64,000 bases of DNA from Tubiluchus corallicola (taxonomy: Eukaryota; Animalia; Priapulida). Below are positions 47,701-62,100 of this stretch, one piece after another. The position numbers and the translations under genes were made by a program. The DNA is taken from NCBI GenBank assembly GCA_030141605.1, contig JAQGDQ010000003.1, positions 1,922,001-1,986,000 of the forward strand. Reading direction: 5' to 3'. Within the stretch, counting starts at the first letter, position 1; each line of letters opens with the position of its first letter. The notes beneath the pieces were generated by a model. The model was not told where the DNA came from. It did no database searches and saw only the letters and a list, made by a program, of their open reading frames with translations.

Positions 47701-50700
47701 TAATGAAGTACAGCCAACGCCTGCAAGGCAAATAGGAATAGCGCTAAAATCACGAATTGTGGAAATTAATTGCAGCACAAATGGTTTTTGCTTTTTCTGA
47801 ATCAGAAGTTATGAAGTATTCCATAAAGTCCCCCCTCCCCCATCGATTGGCCTTGAGCAAAACTTTTTAGGGCTGGCTGAAGTTTATGCCCAAATGAGCA
47901 CTGGAAAAAATGTACAAATTTATGCATTGCAAGGATGAGGTTATAGTCATGTAAGATATGAACATAGACTAGGTTAGTATTATGGTGTGCACCATGATGA
48001 TCATCTGGATAGTGGATAGTAACAGGAAAAAATTGTGAATAGTCAGGGTGTACTACCATAAAAACTGTCCCGTCTCTGAATAGCCAAGCAATATATTTAT
48101 TGATACCCTGTTTATTTTTCTCAGGCTAGTTTTTATTCCAACTATAAGTTTTTACTTGTACAGAACACTGTTCACGACATTGTTATGTAAAATTCATTCC
48201 TGTATCAGTGGTTTGTGAGAATGAGGCAGTAGTTGGACTGGGGGTATTTTGTGAAATCACACTCGCAGAGCTATATTAACTTAAATAAGTTTACGTGTAA
48301 ATAAAACGATAACTAGTTCCACTATTACTCAACTTACTCGTAATAAGGCAACGTAGATAAGCAAAGTGATCATTAAAGTAGCATATTGCATTATTTTGTT
48401 TGGCTAATTAAATATAGGGCCCATTGGTGCGAGAATGCACCTCTGTCCCTTAAATTATTACCAAAAATATGATGATACCTGGCTTTCAATGCATATTTTT
48501 ATGTGATAAATGACGCACGTTAAATTTGCGTGCGATTAAATTCTCAAACGTCTATCCATGTGCAAAACACGAATTTGTTTCGGCAAAAATAGTCGTCCCA
48601 AACAGATTACCCTTTTTATCCGCAGCTAATGCCGTCTAGCCTAAGTTACCATATGGCTAATAGTTTAAAATGTTCCAAGTATTCAAGTAACCATAGTTAC
48701 TGTTTATTTTAGCAACGGCTTTGACAACAAGGTCAGATTAAAAATAATTGGGGAAATCTCGATTTTCACCATTATACGAACTGATAACAAATCTTAACAC
48801 GTTGGAGTTGCTATAACAACAATGTGAAAATTGGTTTACCTTAACAACTATGTGTAATAGTAGTAGTATTTTATTGACAATAATAACATGATATCAAAAA
48901 CATTACAAAAACTGGCACGGAGTTAGAAAAAATAAATGATGTTAATAACAACACAGCGAGTTAATCGTAAATTTTCAAAATTGCTGACAAGAATTTACCA
49001 CAGAGTTCAGGCTGTAAATCAAATTGTTCTTGTAAGCTGTTTAAATACAGAGCATACATTTCTCTAATTGGCTGAGATAATCTGTACAATAACATGCTAC
49101 TTGTCTTGGATATAGAAATTATCACACCTGAATACCTCTCATACCTGAAGTCTCAATCCTCAGATGATGAAATAATAGAATAAACCTACTAAAACTGATT
49201 CGTAGAGAATCGGCGATGTTAGACGAATAAATTGCATGTTGTATTATCGAGGGCTATACAGCAAGAATATCGACTTTATGTTTAGACTTTTAACACGAAT
49301 ATTAGCTTAAATGTTGTCATGACTGTAATCATAACACTTATGAAAGGAATTAATAGCACGAGCATGGCAACTTGAATTACTAATTAATTGTCACGCAAAA
49401 CTTAGGTGTTCATTAAACTTAAAATTACCAAGCTTTTTACCCAAAAACTATTTTCTTTGCGTCTTTTCGAAATTAAGTATCTGACATTAGCTATGCCTGC
49501 TTCTACGAGACACAGATCATTAAGGGTAGAGAGTTTTACTCCCAGCAATGTCTTGGCCACTTTATTATACAAACATCCAAGACCTTCAAAATTGTACATC
49601 AATCACAATTTTGAAGCATATGTAATTGCACTAGAAATACAATCTTCAGCAACTTTTAGCTTCAAACGAATATTATAGTTGCAATTTACAAAAGTAAAGT
49701 ACTTCACCATATGCTTCATTTTGTCTTTAACATGAACTTCCATGAGAGAACTCATTTTGCCATTGTTACCTCTCACTTAATGGGAGATCCAAGATACCAA
49801 TGTCCAATATGCCTTAGTGTACTTCACACACAAATCATCAATTACAATATTCTCTTTATCTACCGGAACACAATCCATAACCATGAACTGAGTTTAAATC
49901 ACGTTCACTGTCACACTATACACTTAAAAATCCTAAATTTTTCAAAACAATTTCTTTACTAGTAGCAATCAAAGGCGCATTATCTATTAGTAACAGACTG
50001 TGACAATTATGAAGAAAATTATCCGAGCCATTCCTACGAATCGCACAATAACACTTTCCTGATGATACCGAACGTCTGACTTATTGGCGCCTTCACCGTG
50101 ATTTTGAATAACAGATTGAAAATCTGTGTTAGACATAATTTGTCTTAGACTTGATTTAGCCTGTAGAAATAAGATTAAGAAGTATGGTAAGAGATTTATT
50201 ACCTTTCCAACAATGTTGTCACCGGATTCACGTGACACATCATGGAGAACCACCGTCACCGTCGTGTTGTGCTTCAGGTCGTCCGGGTTTGGTGAAACCA
50301 GGAAAGAGAATGCTTCCTTCCACGATGGACAAGTAGTGCTGTTCCTCACTCTTGATCGCTTCATCTGTTCCTTTCTGTGTTGAATTGTCCATATTCGCAC
50401 CTGTGCGTCTATGGGGAGAAATAGCAACTTAGAGCTGTTTTACTCTCTTACTTGCCATTCCTTTCATATTAGTCTTCATTTTACGACAACACTGATTTAT
50501 CAATCATATAACCACAATACCATTCTACAATTTCAAAAAGAACAGTTAAAGGTGATTTTCGCAGTCATTAAGAATCGCATGAGATAACGGAAAACACGCA
50601 CAAAAATTTCAAACTCCGACAGGTACAAAGTACTTGCGGAGAAACAAAAAAGTCACTCCACTAATTATAACATAAATTTTCTGTTTTTACTGCACGATAA

Positions 50701-52074
50701 TTGCCATCATTAACACATTCGTACATCCGCGTGACAGCTCACTGCCCCAGAAGAACTACCCATTTTAACTTTATTTATACATCCCCTTGAAGACAACAGC
50801 CATATTTGGAGTCAAGACCCCAAAGCTTTGTCACGAGACTATCATACTCCTGATGAAAAAAACTTATAACATAGTAAAGTTGTGAAACGTCTAGATCTAG
50901 TATAGTTCGGTTTCGGGTAAATTTGAAATTGAAATGATCACACAAGTTTATCACAATGTAGTATGTAGCTCAACTTTGGCGAAATTAAGTATTAAAACGG
51001 TGTTCCACAAATTTAAGTGTGAAATCGAAGTCGGCTAGACGTTTGGTTTCCTATAGGTACTTTGCTCAAGTGCTTTAACTAACTTAAATATTGGTTTCTC
51101 CTATTCAAGTTAACCAGTCATCTCACAGCTTTAGTACTTGAGCATAAAGGAGTAATAGTCATTCTAAACCTTTTAATAGATCTGCACTTTCCTTGTTTAA
51201 TGCACATTTCATGCAATTTTTATATGGATTTCGCGAAACTATTTAACTTCTACAGACGTGTTAAGTTCTAATTAGGAAACAATGACATATTTGACAACTG
51301 CAACGGTAACTGCAACATGGGCGTCTAATTAGCTTACGATGGGTAAGGGGAATAGTAAGTAACTGAATGAAAGCTGTAATAAAGATTGAGTAAGAGTTTA
51401 TGAGACAAGTAACGTTTACATTGAAATAGACCCATCTCTGAGGACCTCAAGCAGTCAAGGATAGTAACAGTAATTATTCAAAACCGATTTTTGCTTTTTT
51501 ACAGACGTGATTTTTTTTCAGCTTGAAGCACAACGCCCAGTGTTCAGACTTCTGAAGCATGCACTGTGTATCCCAAATATCACAGGCGTCATCAGCCACC
51601 TATTAATTACGCAAATAGCAAAGCATAAATTTGACCAATTAACAGCTATATAGAGAATGGCTTCACAGTGCTTCCTAGTCAGGAAATCGAGATAATCTTG
51701 CAGAATCGGTTGCTTTCTCTCTCTCAGAACAATTCAGCTGTAAATGACAGGCATCGTGGTAGACCACACAATAGCCGCACGTAGTGATATCGTCTAATTG
51801 CATCAGTAAAGCTGTTATGTCAGTTGCAATCCTCTACCAAGTACATTTATATCGGATTAACTAGACAAAGAAGGTACTTAGAAGCTCTCTTACTTTCCTC
51901 GCGTGTATACATATGTATGGCCCTTGTGGGAAGCCAACACATTTTTTTCAATGCCATTTGTCCTTTCCAATGCCTTGTGCTTGTAACAAGAAATAGTTAT
52001 GTTACCAGTGTTCATAATTGCCGTCATCATCTTTTCCTTTTTTCTCTCATCATCTTCGCATAATACAATCACAG

Positions 52075-52127
<53 letters not shown>

Positions 52128-55100
52128 GTCATCATTGTAATCATCATCATCATCATCATCATCATTAACATCATCACCATCCTCATCATTAACATCATCA
52201 TCATCATGATCATTATTATTATCATCATCATAATAATCATTATCATGGTCTTCATCATCATCATTATCATCATCATCATCACCATCATTGTCATCGTCGT
52301 CGTGGTAACTGTCGTCATCATCACCGGAAGCTTGTCATTCAAAATTTTCATCTTGGTTTGGACATTCGCCAAGATCATTAACTGATTAAATAATAGTTTC
52401 CTACATTCAAATTTCAAATACTAGGGTTATATGCATCATTATCGATGTACAATTATTAGAGTAAAGGTCGAAACATTATCACTGTTTATCCCATCCTTGA
52501 GTACACGTCTTGCAATTAAAGTACAAGACTTCTGCAAATAACAGACCGAAAGATAATTTGCTCGTTGTCGTCATCATAATTACAAATGCCAATCGTCGTT
52601 GACATCGATAATTATAACAAGTTATGCAAAGACTAGAAATTTCAAGCCAAAAATGTGAGAGATAGTCACTGAGTGATGTGGTAGTTTCGGTTTGTTACGC
52701 AGATGTGCTATTAAAATTTTCCGTTGCCAATGACGACAAAGAGACGCAGACACCAAAGCACTCAACAATGCGATTATAAAAGTGACATCTGAAGTTCTAT
52801 AAAAAAAATATGCATGCAGCATAGGGTTTAATTTGACATTGTTTGCCAGGGGGTGGCGCATATCCCATGTGTACGGTACTTATGCTTCACTAGTGTTAAT
52901 TATCGTTAACCCAAAGAGAATCGTGGAGGATGCTCTTGCAAAACGTTCTGAATTGAGTTTCAAGATTGTTGTTCAAATTGAAAATCTTTATCTACACTCT
53001 AGAGAATATATTACAGACGGTGTTTAAAGCATTTGGCTAGCAATGAACCAAATAAATAAAACTACTGTTGCTAAGTTCAAATTAGAGTAACAATTGCGTA
53101 CTGCTCGCAGCCTGTCGTGTGGAAGCCATTCTCTGATTAATTTTCTCGAGGTGACACAGGGAACCTGTGATCAGTTTGTGTATTTGTTCAGCTGGATCAA
53201 TCCCATCGTGCATTGTGTGCACTTGTACATGTATCATTTTGAATTAGATGAGTAATCAACATTACAGCATAGGCTTATACAGCGTATGACATGGAAAGAA
53301 GCTTGCACAGATTCTTTATTCCATTATAGAACTTAATAAGTTTTTTGCAAAAAATTTCGGCACACAAAACTTTTTGAATGTGATCCTTAATTTAAAACGT
53401 AACTGGTCAGTCGACTCACGTTGTGAATCCGTGCAGCTGTTTGGCTGTTGTAATGATTATTGATGCAAAATTTCGTTGGAATCCATGCAGCCGTTTGGCT
53501 GTTGTAACAATCGGTCTTGCAAAATTTCGTTCGAATCCATACAGCCGTTTGGCCGTTCGTAATAATCTTGTAAAATTTTCCTCGAATCCATGCAGCTGTT
53601 TGGCCATAATAATAATCACTCTTGCAAAATGTAGCTCAAATCCATGAAGTCGTTTGGCCGTAATAACAGCGGTTATTTGTTAAACAGAGTGCGGACGTTC
53701 ACGCTCTAACTCGGGACCCCTTAAGCCCTAGAAAAATTCCATCTTGGGCGCCATTTTAGCTGTCATGTTAGATCTAAAATGGCGCGACCTAAGTTGGCCT
53801 CCATGTAAATCCATGTAGCCCTACTATCATTCATGCAAAATTTCATTAAAATCCAGCGGTTGTTTAGCCGCCCTTAAAGACCAAACAGTACATATGTAAC
53901 GCGATGAACACAATGACGTCCGGTTACACTTCCTCTGTGTGGGAAGCTTCTTATTATATTTGATTACCTATTCTGTCTTTAATAAGTAGTTTGTTTTTTC
54001 TAATAATTTTTGCTATTGGTGCGTTAATGTAACCCAGGTTTTTGTTCTTCCTGATTCCCCAACTTTACATGATCTGATTCCGGCTATTTTCGTACCTTGC
54101 TTAGCCACACATACATGTCCATCCTCTTGAGACGCAGGATAAGTCAGAGATCAATATGTGAATCATTGATTTATGTAGATATCATTATTTATTAATGACG
54201 TTTCAGGATACGGCAAGACATGCATCAAGAATCAAGCCTGCTCAAAAAAATTTCATTAAGCTGAGGATTTTTCTCGCCTGTTTAGCAGTAATTTTGGAAG
54301 CAAAGTAACTAACAATTTTTTTCAAGTATTGGGAATAAATTACTCGTCATTATTAATAAATGACTGCAGCAAAAAAATGAATATAGGAATACATGTCCAA
54401 AAACAAAACTCTTATAACTAATTTGCTAGCGATGGGAGGTACGTACTTTAACAATTTTTTGAACCGAAAAAACACACAGTTAAGAGGTCCAAGAAAAATG
54501 TCATTCAAAAGCAGTTGTTCTACAAGAATTCTGGAAACGAAAACAAAAGTATGTAAAAAAATATATATATGAGAGGTGTTCCATAAAACGAGTGTTCTAT
54601 GCAGTAATCGGCATTTATAAACCATTGAAGAAAGAACATCTTTCACTAAAACAGTGATACAACAGGATTAACATAGGTGACAGACTGGAGATTGCAGGCT
54701 GACTAGCAATTGTACGAGACCCTGTTTACAATGCGATTTTGCAATCAGTCTAGTCTAGTGCATTTAGGATTTTAGGTAGTAACTCAGATATAGCTGTAGC
54801 AGTCCGTGGAAGAAGTAAAAAATAGTATATATAGCATGATTTAGCATCAGTAAAATTTTGAGCACGACACATTTTTTCAACATATTTTTATCAGTTATCT
54901 AAGACTTTCGCCCACTTACGATTGTAAAACAGATGAAAGCCAAGCAAGCGCACAATGTTAGTCAGAAAGAGGGACGGTGTTCACAGCAGAATAAATATGC
55001 GCGCATGCTTCGCGTGATTGGCTCGCGACCTCCTGGGTTCGATGCTCTATCTGAATGATTTCATCCGCCATATTGATTTTAACTATTTACCTCATATACG

Positions 55101-57104
55101 GTGGATTTATATATTTATGTATATCAGTTCAGTGGCTCATCTTAGTAACCAGCTGGATTCCGGTAATGCCTCACACATCATTATTGAGTAGGTTTTACCT
55201 CTGAATACTTGATCCGGTTGCAATGAGCCGAAGTTTATAAAGAAAAAACAATTCTATGAATACGGCATGCACCATAGAATTGCATAATAGCGAGAAAATG
55301 ACGCAAGCTTCGCATTCTTTGCATTAATGGTGATAAGCAAATTTTCTCCCGTGCAAAGTCATTTCAAGATTTTTTCTGCGAAAGCCACACTGCAGATAAC
55401 AAAAAAGGCTCTTTCCAATTGTTTGAGAGACATAATAAATTTTTGCTTAATGTGGTTTCGGAAACTTGTGAAACATAATAAATTTTTGCTTGTGGTTTGG
55501 GAAACTTTACTGATAACTGGTAGCATGTTGTTAAGTGGCAGCTCACTTGATTTATTTCTCAACTTTGCTTTTACTGGTCTTCTTGATAGCTAAAATCAAT
55601 TGCAATGTAGAAGAAAGTATGAGATGGTTGTGCATATATGTTGAACAAGCCGGCCTAAACAGACTAGCATGTAGCTCACTTTTTAAACAATGAGCGGAAA
55701 CCAACAAGCACAATAGCTTTCACAACCGTCACGTCCAGTAGTAACGTCCACTGACAAATTTTCTGTGATTGTAGTATTCGTACCACTAACACCTGAAAAT
55801 TACTTAAATAACTATCGGATTGGATCAGAAAATCTGGAGTTTCCATTCAGGGATTGGTCACTTGAACACTGGTCCTTCTCGCAGGCTAACTTTTTCAAGG
55901 CTAGTACATATACTAATTATACTGCTCAATTGGTCAACCAAGTATTGAGTTAAAAAGAAGAGAAAATTTCTTGTCACTAAACAATAATTCTAATTTATTA
56001 GTCTTGCAGGTAAATGCAAGGCTACTTATGCTCAAATTTCAATGACATTGCATTGAGATCCATTAATCATATACGTATTATAGCAATTTACAGGCATTGA
56101 TAGTAGTAGTATAGGCTTGTAATTACGAATGCTTTTACTTTGAAGAATTGACCGTAATGTCCGTGTAAATCACCGTCTTGAAATATAAGCTTGAATTTAC
56201 TGACGGCTTATAATTGAATAATTACAATATATAAGGTACAAAGTTCTATATTTAGAACACTTTAGTGTCAAATAACAGTGCTATAAGTATTTTGATCAAG
56301 ACTCTTATTGTTAAAAACTTTCATCCAAAGTGCGATCAAATTTAACTGAACACGCATTTTAATATCATAGGCCTGTTGTTCATGAAATCTTTCTGTTCTT
56401 AAAGGTGAAGTGTTCGTTCGGGTACAATTAATACTTGATCGTGTAATCAGTACCGACTCAGCAAAATAGCAAGCAATTTAGATGCTGATATAAGTGCTCT
56501 ATTGAACGCAAGAGCGAAACAATTAGCAACCGTAACAAGAACATTGACCCTCTTACGAACTGAACACGTGACTTCTTATGCTGAAGCCTTGATTGGCGTA
56601 ATCATAAAGTCACCTGCATGGAAAGCCAGCCTGGACTTGTGCAATTAATGGCCGTATAAACTCAAACATTGTTCGCTAGCTTCGTCATGCATTTCAGGTC
56701 AACGCAGTTAACTAATTTACAAATTAAGTTAAAACTAAATTTATAGTTGCTTACTTACTTACCAACATTACTTACCGTTAATGTTAACATCAAGTATTTC
56801 AATTAGTGGTAAAATGAGTATCTAAAAAACTAACACCATTTAGGATACTATGGCGGCGCGTAAGTCGTAAAAGTCGTAAAAAATTCCCGTCATGAAGAAA
56901 ATTTAATCCTCTTATGAAAAACATTATATTTCTTCAAATACGACAAATATGATTATGACAAGTAAATGTAGCTCGTAGTAGCTACAGATTACCTGGATTT
57001 TTTCCCGAAAGGCTCTTTGGAAGGTCTTTCGCTTTGCAAAGGGTAACCGTAAGTCTTTCAGCTTTCGGATCTAATCTGAGCGATAGCTGTATTCTGCCTT
57101 GATC
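44750..57104 (-). CDS. Synaptotagmin-like protein, C-terminal C2B domain (last three exons; 5' exons not found in the window)
   Basis: Exons 56993-57104 (DQGRIQLSLRLDPKAERLTVTLCKAKDLPKSLSGKNP), 50203-50408 (DAQVRIW...CPSWKEAFSFLV...VTVVLHDVSRESGDNIVGK), 44750-44884 (VTFG...HWNKALQHCGREFTEWHQL...TGA). Phases match, and the terminal WHxL motif is typical of synaptotagmin C2B. Confidence 0.88.
48850..49965 (-). mobile_element. Degenerate LINE ORF2 C-terminal part and 3' tail
   Basis: Minus-strand WYLGSP and LYNKVAKTLLGVKLSTLNDLCLVEAG. Ends in AATAAA plus a (TAC)n tail at about 48855-48876. Confidence 0.65.
52020..52325. repeat. (ATC)n microsatellite
   Basis: Direct reading; source of the poly-Met and poly-Ile ORFs. 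Confidence 0.95.
53417..53950 (+). mobile_element. Helentron/DINE-like non-autonomous element with about 60-bp tandem units
   Basis: About five units of TGCAAAATTTCGTTGGAATCCATGCAGCCGTTTGGC, an internal palindrome GCGCCATTTTAG...CTAAAATGGCGC and a 3' hairpin CTTCC...GGAAG. The class is inferred from resemblance to the DINE-1-like core. Confidence 0.55.
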
Positions 57105-58149
57105 CTAAAAATGTAACAACCTTACATAAATAAAATGGTTTATCCAGTAAAAATACAAGGAAACACGTAAGTAGTGTTGGGTAAGTAAAAATAAAAAAAT
57201 GATGTCTAATTATAGAAGTTTCCCTCTTTAAAACCTTTACGGCTAACGACTGTGCAAAATTTTTGGCTGCCGCCTTACAAAGAATAGCCCCATCATCATA
57301 ATGATTGTTAAAGAAGTTACATCCGGCATATAACAATTTGCAATTTTGCGGATAAAAACTGCATTTAGGCCGGTTTTTGAAAATTTGGAAATGTCAAAAA
57401 ACGCGTATTAATTAAAGCATAGATAAGTTGCTTTTGTGTCAAATAACTGCTGCCAAAATTTGAAAGTATGCGGGGTTTAATTCAATGCACACGTCGCCAG
57501 TCTCACCAGCGTCACTGACAAGGCGGGCAAAGCACCTATTCTAGTATACTTCCACTATTCTATTCCACTTCACGTTGCCATTTTTGCAAATTCCACTATT
57601 CATTTTGTGTGAAAACTCGTGGTGCGATTATGTCAGGAAAGCAAAACCTTGTCAAATAGCATTTATGTATCGTAAGGAATTTTAAATTATGAATATAAAA
57701 TGAAACACAACCACTATAATAAACACATATCAGTGACAATGTCACTAGTCTGTTATTCTGCTAGACCGCTGGCAGCAAGTGGCGCGACATCCGCTGAAAT
57801 TTAAAAAGGCAGGCGTAATTCGTATTATGCAGTGCATTAGAAGGTGGTCATTTCCACCAATGAACAGGCGCCCTCTGCCAAACTCCTATAGCCACGCTCA
57901 GAAGTCTACAAGAGTGCGGCGATACCTGTCGACTGTCACTAAATCACGAGATTCCGCTTTTGAGTAAGCTGCATATTTTTTAGAATATTACTCATACATG
58001 GCACGCCTATGACTTTATTACACAAAAACCAGACAACATACGTACGTACAATTAAACATGTGTAGAAAGGTAATGGCACATCTTGTTGTTGTCCTTGTTC
58101 TTGTTGAGGTTTTTCTTGTAAACTTTTCGAAGAAAAGCCTAAGGCAGTA

Positions 58150-58450
58150 AGGCTCTATGAATTCGCAACAGATCTCATGAAACTTCACATAAATTTGCTG
58201 AGACAAATTCCACATCGATTGACGGAGCCGAATTTTCGATCCGCCATTTTAAATTCAAGATGAAGGCGGTAGCAACATTATCGAAAAAATCCTAAGACTG
58301 CGCCAATTTGCAATGGATCGTCATGAAACGTATAGGTATGTATTATAACAACTTTCGCGCATCGATTGGCGGAGACAGATTTTTCATTTGCGTCTTGAAT
58401 TCACGATGGCGACACTGACGTCATTGCTAATCCGGCGATCTTAAGTTCAC
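58150..58450 (-). mobile_element. Related Helentron/DINE-like repeat in opposite orientation
   Basis: GATCTCATGAAACTT and GGATCGTCATGAAAC units with CCGCCATTTT...AAGATG palindromic cores. Confidence 0.4.
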
Positions 58451-59059
58451 TGAACCCCTCAACGAATAATTCGAGTCGTTTGTTTGTTTGATGGCCTGAC
58501 CATTATCTGAACGGCCTGACCAACATCTGCAAATTTCACAGGCAGGTGACTTCTGACTAACAAGGATAATGTAATTTTAAGCAGCAAAGGAATAAAGGAA
58601 GGGTTCGCATTTGGCCTTCTATTTTATACAATGTGCAGAATTTCAAGTATACGATGTAACTGAAAAGCCAACGCCAACCAATTCCTTACGTATCTTCTAC
58701 CCTATAGCATCTGTACAACTTTTCTTGATCCTGCAAGGAAGAGCTTTGGTAGAAAGATAGTAGCTTAGCTCATTCAACTTGATAGTATAGAATTGACCTA
58801 ACACCCAAGTTAAAGGACCATATGCTAACATGTTTCCTCCTTACACTAGACTACCCAACCGTGTACTACTTAACATTACTCTGTAACTTTGTCCCAGAGC
58901 CTACAACACACGCCTACTTATGCCTAAAATATATTTAGCATCTATGAGCCTAGCATCATACTTTGATAATCGCACTATCAAACATAGCTAGCTAGTAGGC
59001 CTACTATCATGCTTTATCGCTTATCTTACCACCTGCTTGTGAGACCTGAATAGTCTATA

Positions 59060-59139
59060 GCCCAAATATTCCAGGGCCCAAATATCCAGGATCCAAATAT
59101 CTGGGGCCCAAACATATAGGGCCCAAGTATCCGTAAACC
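59060..59139. mobile_element. MITE end with 15-bp repeats
   Basis: Five GGCCCAAATATCC-like units ending in CCGTAAACC; same architecture as the element at 1073-2109. The partner end was not found. Confidence 0.5.
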
Positions 59140-62100
59140 AATAACCTACGTACTCATTCAATTACCTCTTAACTACCTTCTTAAAGCATAAATAATTATT
59201 CTCATAAGTCTATCCACTTATTTATTTACTTACCTAATTGGTCAAACAATGTTCACTGAAAGTCAAGACTGGCGATCATTTTTCGGCAATAATAATTTTT
59301 CCTTCACGAATATTTTACTTCTTCCAATTCGCTGACAGTATGGGCGTTTACGCACCTGGGTCCAATTGCAAATGGTTATACGAAACTGTTTTTCTATAAT
59401 AACATGTCTTACATGTGCCCACCTAATCTTGACACACCAAAAGTATTAAGTTCCAGAAACACGCAATATACTGAAAACCCGAAAATCTCCAAAAGGTGCT
59501 TTTGTCTTAAAATATAGTCCGGAATGCAAAGTATTGGATTACGGTTATTGAGTTTCTCTGCTCAGTTGCCTGGACATGTCATTTAGAACACCACTTACCG
59601 TTATCATGGATCTGTTTTCTTAAAAAATTGAATATGGTGTAACTCTATTATGACGTCAGAATATTAAAAATTGGTAAAAACATATTACTTATACATTAAA
59701 AAGCGAGAATGAAAATGACAACAACATCAAGACGAAACAGGCCTGCTTATAGAGTTACTTCGCAAGTAAGAAACCATATTAATTATTTTAACTAACATTA
59801 CAAAAGTTTAAAAATACAGTGATTTTATTGAAGTTTCAGTAAAATATGCGCATTGGCATAGTTAAGCAAAGCGATGAATTTCGTAATAAGCTTACAACGA
59901 TGGCAGCCAGTACGCTATTAACAGTGAAAACTGCAGTTCCCCATAACTTATAGATTGCTTAGAAAAAGCAACAAACATGTCTCAGAGGATACTCAATTTA
60001 ATTCCAACTCATTCTGATGATTGCCTTGCTATAATCCTCCTGCGTATCATGCTTCTTTTCGATGCCTGTGAACATGAGCTTGAGAGTAAACCAAAACAGC
60101 GATATTTGTTCAAATTTTTGAATTATGGAAGACCAACCCAGTATCCGATAATGGATGAGGTTACCTTACTTCTGTATACAATAAAAAGAACAAACAGCGT
60201 AATAAGTTTTCAATTAAAACACGAGTAAAAATATATTGCCGCGATAACTACGTACCCGAGACATTTAGTTCATTGATTTTCCTAAATTCCGAAAAGGCGA
60301 GGACAAAAAGAACAACTTTTCAGCCATAAACATATTTTCCAGTCATGATTTTCTGCATATTACCATTAAATACTCATACACGCAACACGTTACAAGGCTA
60401 AATTTCGCCCTAATTTGCATTCAAACTTTCACTCACTCGAGGAATATGCGGCCTGAATGCTTCAGCCACTTTGAAACATAAACACCTCTGTAAATCAAAA
60501 TCCAGCAAATCCATCTTACCTGCATGAAACAGACCAATCCTACTTTCTGGCTGGCTCGCATTCAAATACTTATCTGTCTTGTCTGTGCAAAATCTATAAG
60601 CGTAAACACCGGTATTCTGAATTCCTCAGTTCAGTCGTTGCTGGAGATGGTCTAAACACCAAACGGGACAAGCCTGTCCGGTTTTAGGCGTTAATGTGAG
60701 GGTCTGCTAACCCCTCAAATGTAGGTTGTTCTTTAAGTTTTGTTTTAGCCCGATACCTATTCAGTTCAGTCACAAAGCTTCTATCACATTTACAAAACGT
60801 TAATTGTTTAATGGTTTTAAACTTTACTCTTTCGTTCAACAATTAAGAGTTAATCAAGAATTTTTATTGGGTCTCGTGCCGCTCTCTTAAAGATGGCTTA
60901 GTGTCTTACAGTTGCTTTGTGTGGTAGTCCGTTTACAGGATGTGGCGTTCGAACCGAGGTCTCTCGCATACCGATAGCTCTGGTTCAAACAATCCAGGGG
61001 TTATTGGGACAGCGGCGAGAATATAAATCTTCCTGTGTTTGCAAATTGAATGCTTTGCGCACGACAAGAAGGAAATTTGGAATAGCTCATGAGAATTTAA
61101 CTTCCATTTATAGCACTTTTCCGGCTTCTGTTATGAATAAGTAATTTAGTGTGTGGCTGAAACTAGCCAATATTCATTCATATAACGAACAATTACAGTT
61201 ATAAAATCACGTTTACATGTGTTCTCATCGGTGAAGATATGCACTAAATGCGCGGAATACCTGCTTGTTATTTTTACCCATTACCTCCTTGTTGTTGGTT
61301 ATTTGTCGTATTATTCCTGATCTTCGTTTGTGTTTAACTGATATTTGTTTTTACTTTTCAGAGTTTTCTCCATCATTTTTTGCTATTACTTTGTAAATCA
61401 GTAGAAGATGAGTCACAAAATTTGGATTTTAACCATGGGCGACTCCGTGAACTGGACTCAACCTGACTTATATGAAACACGCAAACTGATATCCGCACGG
61501 AGCTAACTCATTACAACCTGGACTTATTAGTTGGCGAGTCATTAGAATTTGAAGTCATACCTTCAGTCAAGGAAGTGTATGGGTTTTTGGTTAACATTCT
61601 TAACAAAAAGTAATGACAAATGTTCTGTGAGTTAAGACATTAAACATTTAATCGAAAAGCCTTATTTTAAATTCAGGCGTTGCCCAACTTTTTTATAGCT
61701 ATAATTCGTTTAAAAAACTTTATTATGAACCGCTAATGACTAATCTGTGCTATAATTATAAACTGAGAATTTTGTCGCAATAAAACAGACTGAAATGGAG
61801 AATACAGCAACTTACTAATTACAACTAACTTAAGGTTTAGTTAGTTCTTGCCACGGTGACAGTATTTTCAATGAAAACAAGTAGTTACTTCAGTAAAGAC
61901 ATAGAAGCATTAAAAGTCCTAAATTATTCATGCGAGTAGCTCTTTGTAATTTTTTAATTCAATACGTAACCAACAAGTCACTAGCTTTTATATTATTAAA
62001 GTACAGACATGACATAACGCACGTCACAAAAGAAATAACGGGAAACATATAATATGGTTCATGAAAGTCACTTAAAAACATTTTCCACTATATTACAGTC

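Noticed and set aside
50781-50849. 69-nt candidate cassette exon in the synaptotagmin gene
   Set aside because: In the required phase 1 it has an immediate stop, and the donor (GTATAA) is weak.
51890-52417. Poly-Met and poly-Ile ORFs
   Set aside because: Produced by the (ATC)n microsatellite.
53420-53670. CRISPR-like regularly spaced repeats
   Set aside because: The intervening sequences are homologous to each other, there are no cas genes, and the context is a eukaryotic intron.
60520-60592. Candidate upstream synaptotagmin exon ending CAG/GTAAG
   Set aside because: The phase-0 frame has a stop 15 codons upstream and no C2A motifs.
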